Assembly (NCBI GenBank): GCA_040002695.1
Contig: JBDUEA010000002.1
Coordinates: forward strand, 1-50,357
DNA: 50,357 nt
Direction of reading: 5' to 3'
DNA from: Gemmatimonadota bacterium
GTDB taxonomy: Bacteria > Gemmatimonadota > Gemmatimonadetes > Gemmatimonadales > GWC2-71-9
Part shown: piece by piece, positions 45,277 through 50,357 of the stretch
Position numbering within the stretch: the first letter of the stretch is position 1
Layout: each line of letters begins with the position of its first letter
Notes under the pieces: model-generated
What the model was told of the DNA's origin: nothing
Database searches by the model: none
The model's input: only the letters and a program-made list of their open reading frames with translations
Program-made: the position numbers and the translations under genes

Positions 45277-47264
45277 CAGCGCAGATCCTCGATCACACGG
45301 TCAGCGACATCCGGCCAGTCCCAGACCGTCTTTTCCCGGCTCCGGACGCTGCCGAGCGGAGACACGATGCCACTCGTCCGGCCGGAATTTGTACGCCGGA
45401 CCGGCGCGGCCGGACTGCCTTCCAGCAGCCGCCGCGCGATGGTGAGGCTGGGTCGAACCTGCTGAGCGTCAGCCGCCTGGACTACGCGCTGCACCAGTCC
45501 CTGCAATCCACGAATCGAATCCGCCGGACGACTGGACAGGTACGCGACCAGTTCCTCATCCTGATTTTCGAGGCGTGCGGAGAGCAGCCGCTCGACAATG
45601 GCGACACGAATTTCCCGCTCCGGCATCGGCAATTCTACGACCAGGCCGCCCTCGAGGCGCGTGATCAGGCGCGGCTCGACGCCTTCGAGCTCCTGCAGCG
45701 GAAGCGCACAGGTGAACACCATCTGGCGACCTGCCTCCTGCAGGAGGTTGAAAAGCCAGAAGAGCTCCTCCTGCGTCCGTTCCTTGCCGGCGATCAGGTG
45801 GATATCGTCGAGCAGCAGCGCGGTGATGCGCCGGTAGCGCGCGCGCCACCACGTGACCCGGTCGCGGTCGATGGCCTTGATGAGCTCATCGATGAAGTCC
45901 TGTGCGTTGAGGCAGGCGACGATCGACTCGGCCGCATGCGCGAGCTCATTCCCGATGCCGTGCAGCAAATGAGTCTTGCCGACACTGGTGCCGCCGGTGA
46001 TCACCAGCGGATTGTATTCGTTCCCCGGCGTGGCGATGACAGCCGCCGCCGCACGCAGGGCCATCCGGTTGCTCGCGGCTTCGACGAACTCCTTGAGATC
46101 CCAGAAGGGTGAGGGACCGGGAGGTGGGCTGGTGCCCAGTCGTGCGCGATCGACAAGCGCCCGCGCCTCCTCGACCGCGTCAGGATCACGGAAGAGCGGG
46201 AGTCCGGGCAGCGCCGGATCGAGTTCAGTCGCTTCGGCCTGCAGCAGTCGCAGGCGTTCGATGTCCTTGACGAATTCCTGCACCACCGCCTCAGGATCCA
46301 CCGGCGACTGCTCCTCCAGCAGCGCATCGAGGCGCTGAGTCCGGTAGCCCTCCCCTTCCCAGCGGAGAATCGCTTCAGCGACGCGGGCTTTCCATGCGTC
46401 CACCTGCTGCGTTACCGTGTTCACGATTTCGGAGAGAAAGGAGCCGAACTCGTCGGGGGCGGGCTCCGCACGTGAGGCACCCGGGCTCGCGACACCGGTG
46501 ACGACGCTTCCTTCGACGCCCGCCGGTGCGCGCAGTGCCGCCGGAATCGACTTGCCCAGGACCGCGCGCGCCTGCGTTGCATCGAGCGGCGTATCGCTGA
46601 CGGCCTGGAAGGCGATCAGGCGATTGAGCGCGCCGATGAGTTCGCGGATGCTGTTGATCGCGAGGGAGGCGACCGTCTCGATGACGCCGGGTCCGAAATC
46701 GGCACGCCGCTCCTCCGCCTGGCGGCGCAGAATGGCCACGCGAGTCTCGTAGTCCGGCGCCGAGATATCGATGACGAGCCCGCCCGCGAAGCGCTGGATG
46801 AGCCGCTCGTCGAGCGCCTCGATTTCGTTCGGTGGACGGTCACTCGAGAGTACGATCTGGCGTCCGGAACTCAGCATCGTGTTCGTGAGCCTGAGCAGCT
46901 CCGCCTGCATCTCCCGCCGATGCGTGAGAAACTGGATATCGTCCACCAGCAGCAGATTGACCTCGGTGTATCGCTTGCGATACACGTCTCCCTGCCCCGC
47001 GGCGATCGCCGCGTGGAACGACTCGACGAAGTCATCGAGGGTGAGGTATTCGACCGCAACCTGGGGATTGATCACCGTCGCGGCCTGCCCGATCGCCATG
47101 AGCAGATGCGTCTTCCCCAGCCCGGACCCGGCATAGATGAAGAGCGGGTTGTAGACTGATCCCGGTGATTCCGCGACCGCCTTCGCTGCGGTTGCCGCAA
47201 GACGATTTGCGGAACCGACGACGTAATTCTCGAAGCGGTAGCGAGGGTTCAGCTGAATCGTCAC
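45276..47264 (-). CDS. Tandem DnaA-like AAA+ ATPase (two DnaA domain-III modules; no domain I/II and no domain IV)
   Basis: Module 1 (aa 5-235): [51 protein letters not shown], Walker [24 protein letters not shown] and [13 protein letters not shown]. Module 2 (aa 400-640): [46 protein letters not shown] and [13 protein letters not shown]. The C-terminal 50 aa show no DnaA-box-binding helix-turn-helix. Confidence 0.85.
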   Translation of the reverse strand: MTIQLNPRYRFENYVVGSANRLAATAAKAVAESPGSVYNPLFIYAGSGLGKTHLLMAIGQAATVINPQVAVEYLTLDDFVESFHAAIAAGQGDVYRKRYTEVNLLLVDDIQFLTHRREMQAELLRLTNTMLSSGRQIVLSSDRPPNEIEALDERLIQRFAGGLVIDISAPDYETRVAILRRQAEERRADFGPGVIETVASLAINSIRELIGALNRLIAFQAVSDTPLDATQARAVLGKSIPAALRAPAGVEGSVVTGVASPGASRAEPAPDEFGSFLSEIVNTVTQQVDAWKARVAEAILRWEGEGYRTQRLDALLEEQSPVDPEAVVQEFVKDIERLRLLQAEATELDPALPGLPLFRDPDAVEEARALVDRARLGTSPPPGPSPFWDLKEFVEAASNRMALRAAAAVIATPGNEYNPLVITGGTSVGKTHLLHGIGNELAHAAESIVACLNAQDFIDELIKAIDRDRVTWWRARYRRITALLLDDIHLIAGKERTQEELFWLFNLLQEAGRQMVFTCALPLQELEGVEPRLITRLEGGLVVELPMPEREIRVAIVERLLSARLENQDEELVAYLSSRPADSIRGLQGLVQRVVQAADAQQVRPSLTIARRLLEGSPAAPVRRTNSGRTSGIVSPLGSVRSREKTVWDWPDVADRVIEDLR

Positions 47265-47863
47265 GGCGTCGGCGCCCCGGCCGCGAGCCGTTTGAGCACC
47301 AGCTCGGAAATCCCTTTCAGGGTCTCGAATACGCCGGCGCCGCGCAGGGCATCCGCGCCGAAGCTTCGGTGCGGACGGAAATTCAGCGCCTCATCGAGAT
47401 CCGCCGGAGTCAGGGTCAGATCGGACGGCAGGTCCTGCTTGTTGTATTGCAGGACGATCGGAAACTGGCGGACGTCGACGCCCTGACCCAGCAGATTGGC
47501 CTGGAGATTCTGCATACTTTCGATGTTATCGTCGAGGCGCCGGGCCTGACTGTCCGCGACGAACACCACGCCGTCGGTGCCCTGCAGCACCAGTTTTCGG
47601 GTGGCGTTGTAATAGACCTGGCCCGGGACGGTATAGAGTTGGAAGCGCGTCGTGAACCCCGAGATGATCCCGAGGTCCAGCGGCAGAAAATCAAAGAACA
47701 GGGTCCGGTCCGCCTGCGTGGCCAGCGAGACCATGCGTCCGCGACGGGTCTCCGGAACTCTGCCGTAGATGTAATGCAGATTCGTGGTCTTGCCGGACCG
47801 CCCCGGTCCGTAATATACGATCTTGCAGGTGATCTCACGGGTCGTGAAATTCACGAGAGACAT
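47261..47863 (-). CDS. mglA: Ras-like GTPase MglA (mutual gliding motility protein A family)
   Basis: 200 aa. [33 protein letters not shown]...[11 protein letters not shown]...[33 protein letters not shown]...LQYNKQDLP is near-colinear with Myxococcus MglA, including the PGQ switch-2 motif and NKxD. The longer 317-aa ORF extension is rejected. Confidence 0.92.
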   Translation of the reverse strand: MSLVNFTTREITCKIVYYGPGRSGKTTNLHYIYGRVPETRRGRMVSLATQADRTLFFDFLPLDLGIISGFTTRFQLYTVPGQVYYNATRKLVLQGTDGVVFVADSQARRLDDNIESMQNLQANLLGQGVDVRQFPIVLQYNKQDLPSDLTLTPADLDEALNFRPHRSFGADALRGAGVFETLKGISELVLKRLAAGAPTP

Positions 47864-47867
47864 TTGG

Positions 47868-48329
47868 TTACCGTCCGAAGAGCGCGCGAAGGCTCGCGTT
47901 GAGCTCCCGCTCGAAATTTTCCGCCAGCACTTCTCGCTTGGGAGCTTCGCGCGGTGCCGCCGCGGCCAGCTCCTCCACCATCTGTTCGAAGAACAGCTGC
48001 ACGATTCCCAGCGTCGTCTCGCCGCCGAACACCACGAGGCCGATCCACGGTCCGCGCGGCGTCTCGAACCACGCCAGGAAGTGACCCTGTCGCTGCCCCT
48101 GGTGCACCAGCACGCGAAACGGTCGCCATCCCATCTGCCGCGCGAGCTCACTCGACGAGGCGACGATGCCGGCCCCGAGTGCCGCGGCGGACATGAGATC
48201 GAGCGCGCCGGCAAAACCGTGTTGCGCCACGACCTGTCCCGAAAGCGTCATGAGCAGCGTCAGTCGCGCGGACGATTCAGCGACGAAGGTATTCAGCGGT
48301 CCGGCGACCCACGGTTCGATCGCCTTCAT
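47868..48329 (-). CDS. mglB: Roadblock/LC7 protein, MglB-like (candidate MglA GAP)
   Basis: 153 aa immediately upstream of mglA, as in Myxococcus. Pattern [16 protein letters not shown]...[23 protein letters not shown]...[15 protein letters not shown], plus a C-terminal tail ending LNASLRALF. Confidence 0.75.
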   Translation of the reverse strand: MKAIEPWVAGPLNTFVAESSARLTLLMTLSGQVVAQHGFAGALDLMSAAALGAGIVASSSELARQMGWRPFRVLVHQGQRQGHFLAWFETPRGPWIGLVVFGGETTLGIVQLFFEQMVEELAAAAPREAPKREVLAENFERELNASLRALFGR

Positions 48330-48679
48330 CAGGCGAGGCGCTCGGCGGCGCGAAGCGTCTCCAGCCGCGCGAGTCCGATGGGGACTTCACGGCCCGCGAG
48401 GATCACCAGCAGAAGGTCTCCCGCTCCCGCCGCCACGAGCAGTGCGCCGTCTTCCCCTTCGAGATGAATGAAATGCGGGGCCTGTCCGGCTGCTGCCCGC
48501 GTGATTCCCTCGACCCGTTTCGCCAGGCTTCCCGCGAGTGCGGCGAGCGCACGACCCTTCACGCCTTCCATCAGCGATTCCGCGACCACCACGCCGTCCT
48601 GTCCGGCGACGACCATCGCGCCATGCACGCCGCGAACGCGCGTCAGCGCATCCACAACGGCGACGTAGTCGACGCTCAT
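48329..48679 (-). CDS. Roadblock/LC7 domain protein (second paralogue)
   Basis: 116 aa from MSVDYVAVVDALTRVRGVHGAMVVAGQDGVVVAES...LAALAGSLAKRV...LLVAAGAGDLLLVILAGREVPIGLARLE. ATGA overlap with the upstream gene and 1-nt overlap with mglB. Confidence 0.7.
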   Translation of the reverse strand: MSVDYVAVVDALTRVRGVHGAMVVAGQDGVVVAESLMEGVKGRALAALAGSLAKRVEGITRAAAGQAPHFIHLEGEDGALLVAAGAGDLLLVILAGREVPIGLARLETLRAAERLA

Positions 48680-49545
48680 CGAACCAGCTCCAGCCACTGC
48701 CGTGCGGCCTTGGCTGCCCGCTCGGCAAGGAAGCCGACCTGCCCGACGGGCAGGTCGGCGGGACGCGCCGCGATGAGACAGGTATCCGGCGTCGGCTGCA
48801 CCAGCGAGAAATTCCATTCACCCGTCTCCACCGAGACGCTCTTCCATTCCCCCAATCCGAGAATTCGCGCCGCGCGTGCTGCCTCGCGCGCCGCTCCAGC
48901 GCCACAGGCGCTGATTTCTTCGCTTATATCAGCACCGTCAATGCTGCGGAATTCTCCCCCGAGGCGCAGCCCGCTTCCATCTACCAGGAGCAGCATATTC
49001 AGGGCATTCTCGACTCCGGCGAAGGGACCCTGCTCGTCGACGCCCTCGTCCGCGGACGCGAACGAGAATACCGGCGCGGCACTCGGCGTCGGGGGGACCG
49101 TCGACACAGCAGCTGACACCTCCGGCTCGCTCTGAGCGGGCGAGAGTCGCCCGCCTTCGACCAGCGCCAGTGCGGACAAAATGCCTTCGTCATCCGGAAC
49201 GATGGCCGCGGCCGCGCGAAGGTGTTCGCGCGCGTGCTCCGCGTCTCCGGCCTGGAAATAGAGAAAGCCGATTCCCTTGAGTGAGCCGAGGTGGTTGGGA
49301 TCGAGACGCAATGCCATGTCCCATTCATCGAACGCGCTGGCGAAGTCCCGCCGATCGGCGAGTACTCGCGCGTACAGATCGTGCGCATCGGGGAGATGCG
49401 GATATCGATTCAGTCCCGCGAGCGCCACCTTCTGCGCCGCGTCGAGCTGGCCGCGCCGCCGGAGCGCCTCGCCAAGACGCAGGAATACCAGGCTGGCGGG
49501 GTCGGCGGCCAGCGCCGCGGTAAGGCCGCGAATATCCTCGGTCAC
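48676..49545 (-). CDS. TPR - Roadblock/LC7 fusion protein
   Basis: 289 aa. The N-terminal half has TPR repeats (GQLDAAQKVALAGLNRYP, DFASAFDEWDMALRLDP, GDAEHAREHLRAAAAIVP). The C-terminal half reads NMLLLVDGSGLRLGGE...ISACGAGAAREAARAARILGLGEW..VSVETGEWNFSLVQPTPDTCLIAARPADLPVGQV, which is Roadblock-like. Confidence 0.65.
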   Translation of the reverse strand: MTEDIRGLTAALAADPASLVFLRLGEALRRRGQLDAAQKVALAGLNRYPHLPDAHDLYARVLADRRDFASAFDEWDMALRLDPNHLGSLKGIGFLYFQAGDAEHAREHLRAAAAIVPDDEGILSALALVEGGRLSPAQSEPEVSAAVSTVPPTPSAAPVFSFASADEGVDEQGPFAGVENALNMLLLVDGSGLRLGGEFRSIDGADISEEISACGAGAAREAARAARILGLGEWKSVSVETGEWNFSLVQPTPDTCLIAARPADLPVGQVGFLAERAAKAARQWLELVR

Positions 49546-50357
49546 GCGCCACCTCGCAGCGCGACGTCAATCGTCAGCGCAGCCTGACGCACCCGCTCGA
49601 TCAGTGGCATCTCCGCCTCCTCTTCCGGTGGCATGAGTCCCAGATTCTTCCATTGATCCCAGACTTCCACCGCTTCACGGAACCGGCCGCACGCGGCGAG
49701 ACTGAGCCCCAGCACCCGGTGGGCCGCCGGAGAAGTGGGATCGAGTTCGACGGCGATCCACAGCGAATCCGCAGCCTCCTCGTAGCGCGACGACGCGAGG
49801 AGTGCTCGGCCATAGACAAATTGCGCGAGGGGCTGGTGCGGATGCGCGGCGATCGCCCGCTCGGCCGCAGCGATCGCCGAGGCGGGGTCCCCGACGGCCA
49901 GATGACGCTCGGCCTCCTGAAGCAGCCGGGCCAATTCGCCACCGCTGGTGCCCTGGCTGCTGCGGCGCGCGGGATCCTCGAGATGAATGATACCCGCGCT
50001 GGTCAATCCGAAAACGGTCTTCGCGACATCGAACTCGGGCCGGCCCAGCTGGCTTGCGATGTCGCGTACGCTGCGTTCGCTGTCGACGACGGCAAGCACT
50101 TCCCATTCCGCCGGCAGCAGGTCGAGCGGCGCGGTTCCCTCTCCATTCGACGTCAGTCGGGGAATGAGCCCGAGATGGGTGATCCGTTTCTCGATACGGG
50201 ACCACTCGTCGATCCGGCGCGCCGCCTCCATCAGCAGGACCGCCGTTGGAATCCGAAAGGTCGCTTCGGTTTCCCAGTGCTCCCGGCCACGCTCCTCGAA
50301 GGCGAAGTATCCCTCCGACCAGCCCATCAGCTCGAAGATGACTTCCTCGACCTGGGC
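49542..50357 (-). CDS. Second DUF4388-TPR protein (partial; N-terminus beyond the right edge)
   Basis: The frame stays open to the window end. AQVEEVIFELMGWSEGYFAFEE...LLMEAARRIDEWSRIEKRI aligns with QIEEAVYFLFTWTSGTFNFEAG...LLLEGARRVDEWSLVEKKI of the 539-aa paralogue. The C-terminus has TPR repeats. Confidence 0.7.
   Translation of the reverse strand, partial: AQVEEVIFELMGWSEGYFAFEERGREHWETEATFRIPTAVLLMEAARRIDEWSRIEKRITHLGLIPRLTSNGEGTAPLDLLPAEWEVLAVVDSERSVRDIASQLGRPEFDVAKTVFGLTSAGIIHLEDPARRSSQGTSGGELARLLQEAERHLAVGDPASAIAAAERAIAAHPHQPLAQFVYGRALLASSRYEEAADSLWIAVELDPTSPAAHRVLGLSLAACGRFREAVEVWDQWKNLGLMPPEEEAEMPLIERVRQAALTIDVALRGGA

Noticed and set aside
45276-47264. Annotating the tandem DnaA-like gene as the chromosomal replication initiator dnaA.
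   Set aside because: It lacks domains I/II and the domain-IV DNA-binding HTH, contains two AAA+ modules, and is embedded in an mglA/che operon rather than next to dnaN and oriC.
1-50357. Prophage, integrative element, defence island or toxin-antitoxin content.
   Set aside because: I recognised no integrase, transposase, phage structural, restriction-modification, Cas or toxin-like ORFs on either strand. Apart from the 13.2-13.7 kb spacer, the window looks like core chromosome.

Overview
This is a roughly 68% GC chromosomal window from a diderm bacterium. The gene content looks Gemmatimonadota-like, but I cannot confirm that without a database search. About 50 genes are packed tightly, and nearly all of them lie on the minus strand.

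From left to right the window contains:
- a miaB-comFB-comEC unit
- a run of alr, DUF1844, deoB, cdd, a lipoprotein and an outer-membrane barrel
- convergent mazG and asnS
- a BamB-like lipoprotein
- an anomalous AT-rich, repeat-filled 0.55 kb spacer (13.18-13.73 kb)
- recG, ftsY, a large membrane protein and an orphan hisA
- a complete dcw cell-wall/division cluster (rsmH-ftsL-ftsI-murE-murF-mraY-murD-ftsW-murG-murC-ftsQ-ftsA-ftsZ) extended by an M23 peptidase
- tRNA-Asp and tRNA-Val flanking a TPR gene

The most unusual part is at 38.6-50.4 kb. It is an operon of at least 14 genes with overlapping stop and start codons, and it runs off the right edge of the window. It combines:
- a bona fide MglA Ras-like GTPase with MglB and two further Roadblock/LC7 proteins
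- two DUF4388(PATAN)-TPR proteins
- a 662-aa protein made of two tandem DnaA-type AAA+ modules with no DNA-binding domain
- a CheR/CheD/CheB/2xCheW set with no CheA, CheY or MCP inside the window

I saw no CRISPR array, transposase, integrase or rRNA. The many long ORFs antisense to real genes are high-GC artefacts.
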